A stretch of DNA of 22,938 nt, taken from contig JBFXGX010000003.1 in NCBI GenBank assembly GCA_050177605.1, positions 1 through 22,938 on the forward strand, written 5' to 3'. Source of the DNA: Candidatus Izemoplasmatales bacterium. Its GTDB lineage: Bacteria > Bacillota_I > Bacilli_A > Izemoplasmatales > Hujiaoplasmataceae. The notes under the pieces were generated by a model. The model did not search any database. It was not told the DNA's origin and was given only the letters and a program-made list of their open reading frames with translations. Below, in pieces: positions 8,501 to 16,400 of this stretch. The translations under genes and the position numbers were made by a program. Every line of letters begins with the position of its first letter. The stretch's first letter is position 1.

Positions 8501-10584
8501 TCAGAAATGATCATGTCGCCAACAGTCGCTTCTAAAATATCAGACGATAATAAAGTATCAATATCTTCATCCGATAAACTAAAAGCTGCAGAAAGATTGA
8601 TACCGATTTCCTCGCAGGCTGTATCTCCTTCTTCACACATTAGTTTATTCGCTACAACCCCAACTGCACTAACTAAATTTTGTAATTCTGTTTTTAGAAT
8701 ATACCCATTCTCATCAAATATAGAATCAGGTAGTATTAAATCAAATCCAATTTGCATCGTTTTTACATATTCAGATATACTAGCCACTAATACTTCAGAT
8801 TCAAAAATGGAGTTAATCGAATCAAAGTCAAGACTAGCAAGATCGGATGTTTGGAAATTCTGGAAATCAACTGTAGAGATAATTGGAGAAATTGCATTAA
8901 TAGCACTTAAGATGTTTCTTAATTCACCGCTTGCAATCAAATTCCCATCATCATCGTACTGATCTAACCAAATGATATTATCTGGTATAACAAGAAAAGC
9001 ATTCAACTCTTCAATATTTAATTTACCTTCAAGAACATTAATTAAGGCTTGAGTAACAATTTTCGAATCTAGTAAGACCGTGAAATCAAGACTAGATAAC
9101 AAAGTAATCATGTCGAGAGGATCAGAGTTTACAATTGATTCAATCGTAACACCAGTATCAAGTACTGCTCCAGCAATTGCACCAAAAGCACTAAATTCAT
9201 CGGCCCAAACAAGACCTTCAGGAATCGTAATCACTGCATTTAAGTCTTCTGACAAAACGGTAGGAAGTAGTGACTCAACTGCAACATAAGCCGAAAGGGT
9301 AACTAGTTCTGATTCTCCTAAGGCATCAAAAAGTCCTCTTACTTCATCTCCAGTGACATCGATCGTCGTAACATCAAAATCTTCTTCAAAGACACCAGTC
9401 ACGCTGATAATTTCAAAAATCGTTCCAGCAACTTCTCCTAGTTGAGCAATTTCAGTTGCCCAATCGATTGCATACAGTTCATCGACAGGTAACGTCAAAT
9501 CAGTTTCGTAAGCAGTTGATCCTACTTCAATCGCAATCGGAATCATGCTTGTTATTAATTTAGAATGAGAGACAAGGTTGAATACTTCAGAAACCTCTGC
9601 CCCAGTGATATCGTTAATTTTTCTTGTTTCCATATAATTAGAATTAACAGCAACACCTGCAATACTGCTAACCGTTTGAAGTTCTTTACGAAGTGCTATT
9701 TGAGTGTCCTTATATTCAAAAGATAATACTTCATCAAACAAATAAAGATTTAAACTAACTTGACTTTCTGTTTGATCATCATATACGGTAATGGATGTAC
9801 CATACTGCACAATCACATTTTCGTTGTAACTAGTCACAAAATTGTTAAGCATATCTACGGTTTCAGCAATTTGATCAAACGGGGAAGAACTATCTTCTAG
9901 AGGAATAATTGTCCGAGAAGCTTGATACACTTCTTGCCTTGGAAACTCAAATGACTGAGTTTGCGTATTTTCGGTTGGGACGAGAAGGGTCATACTTTCA
10001 ATAATTGAAATTAATCCACCATAGAGAATCAATACAACCATAATTCCCATGGCCCCATTTAATACACCAAAAAGTGCTCCTAGTCCTCTGTTTTTAGAGA
10101 CATATTTACTATTATTTTTACGATCAGGGAAGAAAATAACACGAATAATTAAAACCAAAAGTTTATACAAGACATAAAAAACAGTGAAATAGAGAAGTGT
10201 ATACACTAATTTCACTGCAAAAAGTGCGATGCCAGTAGCCATCAGCATCAAATTTTCATTACCAAGTGCAAACGCATAGTCTTCAGGAACAAAGATTGCT
10301 AATGCTTGTGGCAAAGCGTCTTGTAAGGACGTAACACTTGATAAATTTGGAGACACATTAACGAGTAACTGACCAACATATGGCGTATCAAACGTCCATA
10401 TGAAGTTTACTACCGTATTGAGCGTTAAGAAAAATAGCAAATAAAATGCTAAAGTCGTGATAAAAGATATCAGTGTTTTTTTGAATCCACGAAACAATCC
10501 AACAAGCACTGCAATGACAATGATTGATATAAACAGTGAATTAAATAATAAGTCTAGTTGTTCAGCTGTAAAGTATGTAGGCAT
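2545..10584 (-). CDS. Giant (2679 aa) acidic membrane-anchored repeat protein with a CvpA/colicin-V-production-like N-terminal TM domain
   Basis: About four hydrophobic segments in aa 1-200 with GLFRGFKKTL and NRGLGALFGVLNG motifs resembling the CvpA family. The remainder is D/E/T/S/L/I-rich tandem repeats. Purine-rich RBS AGGGGGG. Confidence 0.9.
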   Translation of the reverse strand: MPTYFTAEQLDLLFNSLFISIIVIAVLVGLFRGFKKTLISFITTLAFYLLFFLTLNTVVNFIWTFDTPYVGQLLVNVSPNLSSVTSLQDALPQALAIFVPEDYAFALGNENLMLMATGIALFAVKLVYTLLYFTVFYVLYKLLVLIIRVIFFPDRKNNSKYVSKNRGLGALFGVLNGAMGIMVVLILYGGLISIIESMTLLVPTENTQTQSFEFPRQEVYQASRTIIPLEDSSSPFDQIAETVDMLNNFVTSYNENVIVQYGTSITVYDDQTESQVSLNLYLFDEVLSFEYKDTQIALRKELQTVSSIAGVAVNSNYMETRKINDITGAEVSEVFNLVSHSKLITSMIPIAIEVGSTAYETDLTLPVDELYAIDWATEIAQLGEVAGTIFEIISVTGVFEEDFDVTTIDVTGDEVRGLFDALGESELVTLSAYVAVESLLPTVLSEDLNAVITIPEGLVWADEFSAFGAIAGAVLDTGVTIESIVNSDPLDMITLLSSLDFTVLLDSKIVTQALINVLEGKLNIEELNAFLVIPDNIIWLDQYDDDGNLIASGELRNILSAINAISPIISTVDFQNFQTSDLASLDFDSINSIFESEVLVASISEYVKTMQIGFDLILPDSIFDENGYILKTELQNLVSAVGVVANKLMCEEGDTACEEIGINLSAAFSLSDEDIDTLLSSDILEATVGDMIISEAGDALVIPPSALKEIFVNEVSQNVVSREEVKKVFKAVSILGITDINNIEMDVSILSNLATEDDSTVLDTEKADTLFASNILLATLSDYLLQMTEGDSLIVVPYYSEELVSVRYNENGIDYVSRDELTHILSAILVLDIQDFNNLESLDLSVISENKETLLSSAILHATISKQLLDMDIDMITIPTYDEDENPIKIVVGSDTEATTLIKKTELFAIFDALQVLNITDISTFDGNIDLSLLSEGNNLDVLLSSSILQATISTQVLNLDADGTVTVPYVSEEGNDIRVTVGPALNQTEYIVKDEISAVFDALDVLGIQDVTTFDGSVDLTVLSEEGNLDILLSSAIIHATVSQQVFDLENDGTLTIPYYAENGTTEIRVFAGPVGFETEYLVKDEISAIFDALDVLGIEDVTTFDGSVDLSLLSEGDNASILLSSSVIQATVSKQLTDLEVDGTLVVPYKADDGVLDIRKTVGVSPNDTEYIIKSELEAIIDGLNVLGITDVETFDGSIDLSILSVEGNMDILLASSVIQATVSKQITDLETDGTLTVPYVADDGITAIRVSVGLGEQQTEYITKAELTAMIDGLNILGITDVETFDGSVDLSILAEGDNATTLLLSSTIQATVSKQIFDLGTDGTLEVPTYQEDGVTSISVTTGPVLHETTYLIKTELESIFDALDILGLTDLETFNGTVDLSTLAEGNNADIVLASSVIQATVSKQVLDLDADGTISVPYMADDDTLAIRITVGELETLTDYVLRDELVHVIHALDLLGITDVETFDGSVDISVFYDVTNRDTLLLSSIMQATISKQLIDLGSDTLLVPYEDSLSVAIRLLTGPVDHTTEYVSKTEISAIFETLEMLGITDITTFDGDIDISLFYLQENRDVLLASASMHATITKQLIDLGSDTLLVPYTDSTDTLAIRSTIGPVGLETEFILKSEIDAMFESLEVLGITDINTFDGNIDLSLFYTQDNRDILLGSASMHATISKQLFDLGSATLTVPYRDSLDTLDIRLTTGEVGFETEFVLKTEIDAMFESLEVLGITDINTFDGNIDLSLFYTQDNRDILLSSASMHATISKQLFDLGSATLTIPYRDSEDSLAIRLTTGAVGFETEFVLKAEIDAMFEALEVLGITDINTFDGSIDLSLFYAEGNRDILLASASMHATISKQLFDLGSATLTVPYFADDDTTVIRLTTGGVGETTEFVSKPEIHAMFEALEILGITDINSFDGSIDLTLFYEQANRTVLLSSSSMHATITKQLLDLGEATLKVPTLDQDSNVIRLTVGALSTETEYIVKDEIDAMFEALELLGIDDINSFNGSIDLSLIYGEANQTILLSSASMHATITKQITDLGPTVLLVPNTDVAGTSIQATVGGTLFIYKTEIKALINGLEILGITDITAFNGTVSLVNLFNDTNQNILLSSASMHATITKQINDLGPSVLLIPDTDVDNNPIQATVSATFFIYKDEIKAIINSLEILGITDITAFNGTVSLVNLFNETNQNILLTSASMHATITKQITDLGPSVLLVPTTDIDGITIKATVSSTLFIYKDEIKAIINALEVLGVNDITAFTGSITISSLALEADQDTLLTSASMHATISQTLLDLDDAVLIVPLYTPVGEVEAERIQKTVSTTDFIIKSEIKALINSFLAMGYTDLDNFGSSIDSSKFFDDPDTLLLSYSIQATLSDKLLNGTGGNLIIPNANILGTVTIRIVESDVTYIEINEMKAILDSLDALGLTDFSNITITANLVFAADYDLLLASYSMQATISDKILTGALDESAAAGSGSLIVPTYFRETLSVGIGSTVQIEKLELKALLTSLSTLGVSDFSGAMDASVVTSLTDAQLDTVLGSGSMHVTIDNMLKGNSNINTKIPDLAYEDVYDLTDIITKVEIKAFIKATNVLATGDISNVSIDVNAVASLTPAERDIVLDSMIVRNIMTDQLEAMMLADDPFDLYWPADTSYMNNDNTTFLTEAGINEVLTHYGLI
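2700..8830 (-). repeat. Intragenic tandem repeat array, about 24 units of 255-273 bp (85-91 aa)
   Basis: Recurring motif LLxSxxxxAT(I/V)(S/T)KQ...VPY...IR...TE(Y/F)IxKxEIxAxFxALxxLGITDIxxFxGxIDLS. The motif recurs at 3719/3974/4229/4484 (255 bp), 4751/5021/5291/5561/5831 (270 bp), and with 273-bp period around 6377-7196. Units are more degenerate at both ends. Confidence 0.95.
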
Positions 10585-10737
10585 TGTTTTCCCCCCTAAA
10601 ATTACAAATAACCGATTTTATTATATTATAAATAATAATAAAGTCACAGACTAAAATCAAAAAAAGTAATAATTTCTTGCATAATCACACAATAAACATT
10701 GAATTTATTGTATAATATTATCGAATTCGAGGTGATA

Positions 10738-11613
10738 ATGGTGAAAAAGAAAATAATGTTGGTTCTTCTCTTTGTAAGTTTCTTTTACTTAAGTGGATGT
10801 TCTTTATTAACCATGACCTTAAATATTGGCAATACAGATGCATCTACAACCCTTCCTTCAACGATTGATGGAACGATTAGTATAGGAGATTTAGAGTATT
10901 CAACGTTTCCAACTTATCATAGTGAAACATATGATCTTACCAACATCGATGAGTATAATGACGTTTTGCTAAACACAAGAGATATGATCCGTCATAGCAA
11001 CATTCAAATTACAACGACACTTTACAATTATGTGCAAAAATTTCCTTGGTCTACCTTGACAGAATTAACTCTAGCTGGGGGTTCTGAAGGAAGTGGCGTT
11101 ATATTCATGGAAGATGATACCTATTATTATGCATTAACCAACTATCATGTTGTTGATGGCGAAGCAGACGAACGAGTGTATCAAATTCAGGCGTTTGAAG
11201 ATAGTGAACCGAGTGAAGCTACATTGGTCACGTACGATACTAATTATGATTTAGCAGTATTAAAATTTGAAAAGCAAGGACGCACTCAAGTTCACATTAT
11301 TGATTACACTACAAGATTATTTACACAGTTTACTCCTGGAGAACTTGTGTTTGCGGTAGGAAATCCACTCGATGTAAACAATAATGTTACCTTCGGTGAA
11401 TTCAAATCAATGCAAACATTATCAAACGTTTCATTTAGTGTTATCTACCATGATGCACCAATTCATGAGGGAAGTTCAGGTGGGGCACTGGTTGATGTCG
11501 ATGGGAATTTATTAGGATTAAATACATGGGGTTATGAAGATGATGATGAATATTCATTTTCAGTTCCAAACTATATCATCTATACTTTTTTAATTAATAA
11601 TGGCGTTATTTAA
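10738..11613 (+). CDS. Trypsin-like (S1C/HtrA-type, no PDZ) serine protease lipoprotein
   Basis: Likely start ATG 10738 after RBS GAGGTGA. Signal peptide MVKKKIMLVLLFVSFFYLSGC with lipobox LSGC. Triad motifs TNYHVV, YDLAVL and IHEGSSGGAL; GSEGSG and AVGNPL also present. Confidence 0.9.
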   Translation: MVKKKIMLVLLFVSFFYLSGCSLLTMTLNIGNTDASTTLPSTIDGTISIGDLEYSTFPTYHSETYDLTNIDEYNDVLLNTRDMIRHSNIQITTTLYNYVQKFPWSTLTELTLAGGSEGSGVIFMEDDTYYYALTNYHVVDGEADERVYQIQAFEDSEPSEATLVTYDTNYDLAVLKFEKQGRTQVHIIDYTTRLFTQFTPGELVFAVGNPLDVNNNVTFGEFKSMQTLSNVSFSVIYHDAPIHEGSSGGALVDVDGNLLGLNTWGYEDDDEYSFSVPNYIIYTFLINNGVI

Positions 11614-11615
11614 AG

Positions 11616-11648
11616 AAAAAAAGGAACACAAAATGTGTTCCTTATTTT
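11616..11648. terminator. Bidirectional intrinsic terminator between convergent protease and beta-galactosidase genes
   Basis: AAGGAACACA-aaa-TGTGTTCCTT (11621-11643) flanked by an A-run on the left and a T-rich run on the right. Confidence 0.85.
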
Positions 11649-14035
11649 ATTTCTACCGCGATTTTTATATCTTCAAATCCAGGACAAGAGATGGTTATTT
11701 TAGCCTTCCCTTTTTCTTTTGTCCTTACATAGAACCCAGTGCTACCACCATTTAAAGCGGTACTTTTAGGGCCTAATACTGCAAGCTCTTTTGTCGTTGT
11801 AATATTCACCACATGATTTGCAAATGGATAAGTATTTCCATGTTCATCCTCTAGCGAAACAACGATTCTGGTTGCGTCATACGTGTCTTTATGATGTAAT
11901 GTCGGATGATCTATTTTTGCATTTAAGATAAATTCTTTGGTTTGTCCAACAGTTTTGGAGATAACAAGTTCATCATTGATATAACCATCAAAACGATATT
12001 TCCCATGTTCAGTTCCCCAATTTCCTAAATATTTACCATAGATTTCCATCGCTTTATTCATTGTGAACTTATGAAACATCATCAAGTTTAACATTGTTAG
12101 TTTATCTTTTAAAGGCATAGCCATACCATGATGATTATAGGAAATAAGCACTTTCTTAATCATATTCGCGACATTTTTCTTGTATAATCCATCGCTTACT
12201 AATTGCTTACCAATAAAATCATCAACGATAATTGGAGCGTGTTTCACATACCGATAAAGGTCATAATCACTATAAAAAGTATTGATTTCTTGTTCATTGT
12301 GATATATTTTGATGTAATCGCAATTGGACATCACTGTAACACTTGGAATCACACTACGAGGATATTCACCAATGTTCATATTGGACAACACTTCAAGGAC
12401 TGGATATTTGTCCTGTTGAGAAGCATAAGTATAACTAGCATATTTTGGAATCCTAAACATATCTGATACGCCATGATGACAGATTCTATCTCCAGATCCA
12501 AAATCTTTATGCGTATTATAATCGGACATACACCAACCAATCGCGCCATTAATCATTGGATATTTCATCATTGAATCTAGTACATTCATATGTCTTAAAG
12601 CTTGTTCTTCTCTTTTTTGAAGTGGATCTGATTTTTTTGTAGGGAAGATATGTCCGTTATGTTCACTTACAAGGTAAGGAACGAGTTTTCGTGTAATTTT
12701 TAAAGGATTCTCTAGCCCTGGATTATTCCCAATATGTGAAAAATCATTATAGGTATATACGTCCTCAAGAAGTTCTGAACCAGCAAAATTACGGACACCA
12801 CCGTTTTGTCTTGAATCATCGAGTTCCATCGATAACTCGCTGAGTTTTTCATAGAAATCATGATCATCTGGAGACTCATTGATTCTCGTACCCCAAAGAA
12901 CAATCGAAGGATGGTTCTTGTGATGTTGAATCATTTCTCTCAAGTTTTGATAACTTCTTTCTTTAAACTCCGCATTACCAATATACTGCCAACCAGGAAT
13001 CTCTTCAAATACTAACAAACCGATTTCATCACAACGATTAATAAAGTGGTCACTTTGCATATAGTGAGATGTTCTGACGATATTACATCCTAGTGTGAAT
13101 TTTAGAAAGTCAGCATCTGCTTCTTGCATTGTCTTTGGCATAGCGTAACCTACATACGGATAACTTTGATGACGATTTAATCCCATTAGCTTTAATTTTT
13201 GATTATTGAGAATAAATCCATCCTCAGTAAACCTTGCATCTCGATAGCCAAACTTAATCTCTACTTCATCTTGTAAACTATTCTTCGAATAAAGTTTAAT
13301 CACCAAAAGGTATAATTTTGGGCAATCAACCGACCATCTAGTAATTGGTTGATGTGTTTCTTGTCTTGTAAAACATGGGGCGACTTCGTCATACATGTGA
13401 TTGTATATTGCTTTATTTCCATCAAGAACACTTACTTCTACACGAGGATTTTTCATTCCTTCAATCATTAAGTTTACGCGTAAATCAAGCGTCATCGCAT
13501 CTTCTGAGAGTTGTAAAGCCTCACGCGTTTTTACCGCAACATCTTCAATATAATACTTTGGAATGATTTCTATCTCGACTTCACGGTAGATTCCTCCATA
13601 GCCGAGATAATCTACTACATTTCCAAAGGGAGGTATATTTTCAATTTCGCTTGAATCAACGCAAACATAAATATCAAAAATTGGTTGATCAAGTTTCGCA
13701 ACCTCTGAAGTAATATCAAAACTAAATGGTGTATATCCACCTTCGTGAACACCTAATAGATGATGATTAAAATAAACCGTCGCTTTCGTTGCTACACCAT
13801 AAAATCTCAAAAAAATATGTTCGTCTTTTTTTATCTCATCAAGCGACACTTTTTTATGATAAAGTGCGTTTAACTCATAGAGTTGTGGGTCATAATGACT
13901 AAATGGAACTTCTTTAATCGTATGAGGGATATCGACGAGTTCTTTGACTAAGAACTGGCTTTCATCAGTTGGTTTTGATTCATCATAATGATCAATGAAA
14001 TCCCAATCATAATTTAAATGGATGGTTCTACGCAT
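11642..14035 (-). CDS. GH2 beta-galactosidase
   Basis: HEGGYTPF, DYLGYGGIYR, GLNRHQSYPYVG, NIVRTSHY, NHPSIVLWGTRINE (acid/base E), VSEHNGH (nucleophile E). True start is probably ATG 14035 (MRRTIHLN) after RBS AAGGAGG, overlapping the GH36 stop. Confidence 0.93.
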   Translation of the reverse strand: MRRTIHLNYDWDFIDHYDESKPTDESQFLVKELVDIPHTIKEVPFSHYDPQLYELNALYHKKVSLDEIKKDEHIFLRFYGVATKATVYFNHHLLGVHEGGYTPFSFDITSEVAKLDQPIFDIYVCVDSSEIENIPPFGNVVDYLGYGGIYREVEIEIIPKYYIEDVAVKTREALQLSEDAMTLDLRVNLMIEGMKNPRVEVSVLDGNKAIYNHMYDEVAPCFTRQETHQPITRWSVDCPKLYLLVIKLYSKNSLQDEVEIKFGYRDARFTEDGFILNNQKLKLMGLNRHQSYPYVGYAMPKTMQEADADFLKFTLGCNIVRTSHYMQSDHFINRCDEIGLLVFEEIPGWQYIGNAEFKERSYQNLREMIQHHKNHPSIVLWGTRINESPDDHDFYEKLSELSMELDDSRQNGGVRNFAGSELLEDVYTYNDFSHIGNNPGLENPLKITRKLVPYLVSEHNGHIFPTKKSDPLQKREEQALRHMNVLDSMMKYPMINGAIGWCMSDYNTHKDFGSGDRICHHGVSDMFRIPKYASYTYASQQDKYPVLEVLSNMNIGEYPRSVIPSVTVMSNCDYIKIYHNEQEINTFYSDYDLYRYVKHAPIIVDDFIGKQLVSDGLYKKNVANMIKKVLISYNHHGMAMPLKDKLTMLNLMMFHKFTMNKAMEIYGKYLGNWGTEHGKYRFDGYINDELVISKTVGQTKEFILNAKIDHPTLHHKDTYDATRIVVSLEDEHGNTYPFANHVVNITTTKELAVLGPKSTALNGGSTGFYVRTKEKGKAKITISCPGFEDIKIAVEIK

Positions 14036-16400
14036 TGTTGTCCTCCTTAATGCTAGATAGAATATATACGCGGGATTCATAATCTCCCATCAATCTTACT
14101 TTGTCGGTATATCCTGAGCCAATAAACGGTTGATATGGCGCAAATCCGTGATAAAGAAGTTCTTCACCGGAGATCGACTTATCAAATTTCTCTATTGGCA
14201 TTAAATATCGATTTTTTAATAAATGAAAAAGCAAACCGTTCGCGTTGATTTTAATCGGTAATGCGTGATGGACTAAATGTCCAAATTTAGAGAGGTTAAA
14301 ATATTGTTCCTTGTTGCGAACATGATATTTCTTTGCAGGATCAATTCCCCGAACTTCAAAACGCTCCAATTTGTTATTTGGCTGTTCTCTTAATTGATAT
14401 AGCCCATAGATTTGAGTCTCTTTATTTATCGATGTTACTGCCCAAGCAGCTTCATCATGTTCAAATGGAGATAAATATCTTTCAAACGTACCAAATTGTA
14501 ATAAAGAACGATATTGTTTATAAAAAGCAATTTGTTTTTTGATTACTTTCTTTTCAAAAGGAGTAATCTTGGTTACATCAAGTTCATATCCTAAAAGGCC
14601 AAACATCGCGGTATTAAATCTCGTTTCAAGCGGAGTTTGACGAATTGTTTGCTGGTTTGGAATCTCGCTTACATGCGCAGATATTGTTGATAATGGATAG
14701 ACGATGCTTGTTCCATACTGTATTTTGACCCTTTCGAGTCCGTCTGTATTATCACTTGTCCAGGTTTGTGGCATAAAGCACAACATTCCTAAGTCAAATC
14801 GATTTCCACCACTTGCGCATGATTCGAATAATATATTGGGAAATTTTTGGGTCAGTTTTGTAAGCAACTCAGTTAAGCCTAAATAATATCGGTAGTTTAA
14901 AGAACCTTGTTCTTCTTTCTGTAAATGATTTGAATAAAGATCAGATAAATTGCGATTCATATCCCATTTTACATAAGCAATATTCCCACTTTCAAATACA
15001 CGGGATAAAGATTCAAAAAGATAAGTTCTAACGACACTTGAAGATAAATCTAAAACCAGTTGGTTTCTTCCTTCTGAAGGCTGATATCCCGGATGTGATA
15101 ATGCCCAGTCTGGGTGCGAGCGATATAAATCACTATCTTTACTAATCATTTCTGGCTCAACCCATAAGCCAAAAGATAAACCTAGTTTGTTGATTTTAGC
15201 TGAGAGCCCTTCGAGGCCATGGGGTAATTTTTTTTGATTTACATAGAAATCACCAAGTGAAGAATGATCATCAAACCTATTACCAAACCATCCATCATCG
15301 AGGACGAAAAGTTCAATGCCTAGTTGCTTTGCGGCTTTCGCAAGTTTGAGTATCTTTTTTTCGTTAAAATCAAAATAAGTTGCTTCCCAGTTATTCAACA
15401 CGATGGGACGGTCTTTATTTTGCCATTGTTTGGGAATAATGTTTTTTTTTACAAATTCGTGATATTGGTGACTTAACTCACTCAATCCATGATTTGAGAA
15501 AGTCATGGCTACTTCAGGAGACACAAAGGTATTATTAGGCTTTAAATTATAATAGAAGTCAAACGAATTAATCCCAAATAAAACACGAATGTTTTGATGC
15601 GGAGACAGTTCAACACTCGCTTCAAAATCGCCACTATAAACAAGTGAAAAACCGTAACATCTACCAAATTCTTCAGAAGTACTAGGTTCTAGTAGTGCAA
15701 TAAATGGATTATGGTCGTTCGATGAAACTCCCTTTTTTGAGTCTATCGTATATATACCAGGTTGAACCGGTCTTCTTGTGACCATTCTTTCACGAATCCA
15801 TGCGCCATCCAGTGTCATCAGTTCATAATCTTTATTACACATATCTAAGTTCATACTACTTGCTTTTTCAATGGTAACATCCTCATGACTGTTATTCATC
15901 ACGGTAATTCTTCTTGTAATAACATCTGACTCCTCGAATACAGAATAATATAGACATATTTCTAGTGCACGCACTTCATCTACCAAGACGATTTTTAGTG
16001 TACTAACCCTTGAATTGTCGTTTGATTTAGACTCTGGCAGAACTTCAAATAAAGGCTTCCCTTCCAGGATTTCATGGCTAGTATACAAAAAATCACTTAA
16101 TCTAGATCCATCATTAAAACGAAAATGACACATTGGTGCTCTGAAATCCCCTTTTCCATACGTTGATAATTCAAGATGAGCAGTATTGAGATTAAAGGTT
16201 CGATCTTCTTGATGATAGAGTACTTGATTGCCTACTTCAATATCAAACTTCGTACGTAATGTATCTGGTTCAATTTCATCGACTAATTTAGAACCATAAA
16301 ATAGATGTCCAAGATGTTTTGTGGGTAATATTTCAAATACATAGGACGTTTTATTTGTAATTAAATGAAATAACTTTTTATCTTCAAGATATCGAATCAT
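14028..16400 (-). CDS. GH36 alpha-galactosidase
   Basis: PIVLNNWEATYFDF, LFVLDDGWFG, FGLWVEPEM, YVKWDMNR (nucleophile D), ESCASGGNRFD, WTSDNTD (acid/base D). ATGA overlap with the upstream gene. Confidence 0.96.
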   Translation of the reverse strand: MIRYLEDKKLFHLITNKTSYVFEILPTKHLGHLFYGSKLVDEIEPDTLRTKFDIEVGNQVLYHQEDRTFNLNTAHLELSTYGKGDFRAPMCHFRFNDGSRLSDFLYTSHEILEGKPLFEVLPESKSNDNSRVSTLKIVLVDEVRALEICLYYSVFEESDVITRRITVMNNSHEDVTIEKASSMNLDMCNKDYELMTLDGAWIRERMVTRRPVQPGIYTIDSKKGVSSNDHNPFIALLEPSTSEEFGRCYGFSLVYSGDFEASVELSPHQNIRVLFGINSFDFYYNLKPNNTFVSPEVAMTFSNHGLSELSHQYHEFVKKNIIPKQWQNKDRPIVLNNWEATYFDFNEKKILKLAKAAKQLGIELFVLDDGWFGNRFDDHSSLGDFYVNQKKLPHGLEGLSAKINKLGLSFGLWVEPEMISKDSDLYRSHPDWALSHPGYQPSEGRNQLVLDLSSSVVRTYLFESLSRVFESGNIAYVKWDMNRNLSDLYSNHLQKEEQGSLNYRYYLGLTELLTKLTQKFPNILFESCASGGNRFDLGMLCFMPQTWTSDNTDGLERVKIQYGTSIVYPLSTISAHVSEIPNQQTIRQTPLETRFNTAMFGLLGYELDVTKITPFEKKVIKKQIAFYKQYRSLLQFGTFERYLSPFEHDEAAWAVTSINKETQIYGLYQLREQPNNKLERFEVRGIDPAKKYHVRNKEQYFNLSKFGHLVHHALPIKINANGLLFHLLKNRYLMPIEKFDKSISGEELLYHGFAPYQPFIGSGYTDKVRLMGDYESRVYILSSIKEDNNA

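Noticed and set aside
2927..9289. Plus-strand ORFs inside the giant gene, including the four similar ~70-aa ORFs at 6377, 6650, 6923 and 7196 and the 232-aa ORF at 8264
   Set aside because: Antisense shadows of the repeat-coding strand. Their 273-bp periodicity mirrors the protein repeats, and they show no convincing RBS or recognisable domain.
10457..10737. 65-aa plus ORF at 10457 and the TTG start at 10699 for the protease
   Set aside because: The first overlaps the giant gene's start in antisense. The protease is better started at ATG 10738, which has an RBS and gives a canonical lipoprotein signal.
14036..14080. Extended N-terminus of GH2 (start 14080); likewise permease start 17989
   Set aside because: Downstream ATGs (14035 and 17968) have clear SD sequences and typical short overlaps with the upstream stop codons.
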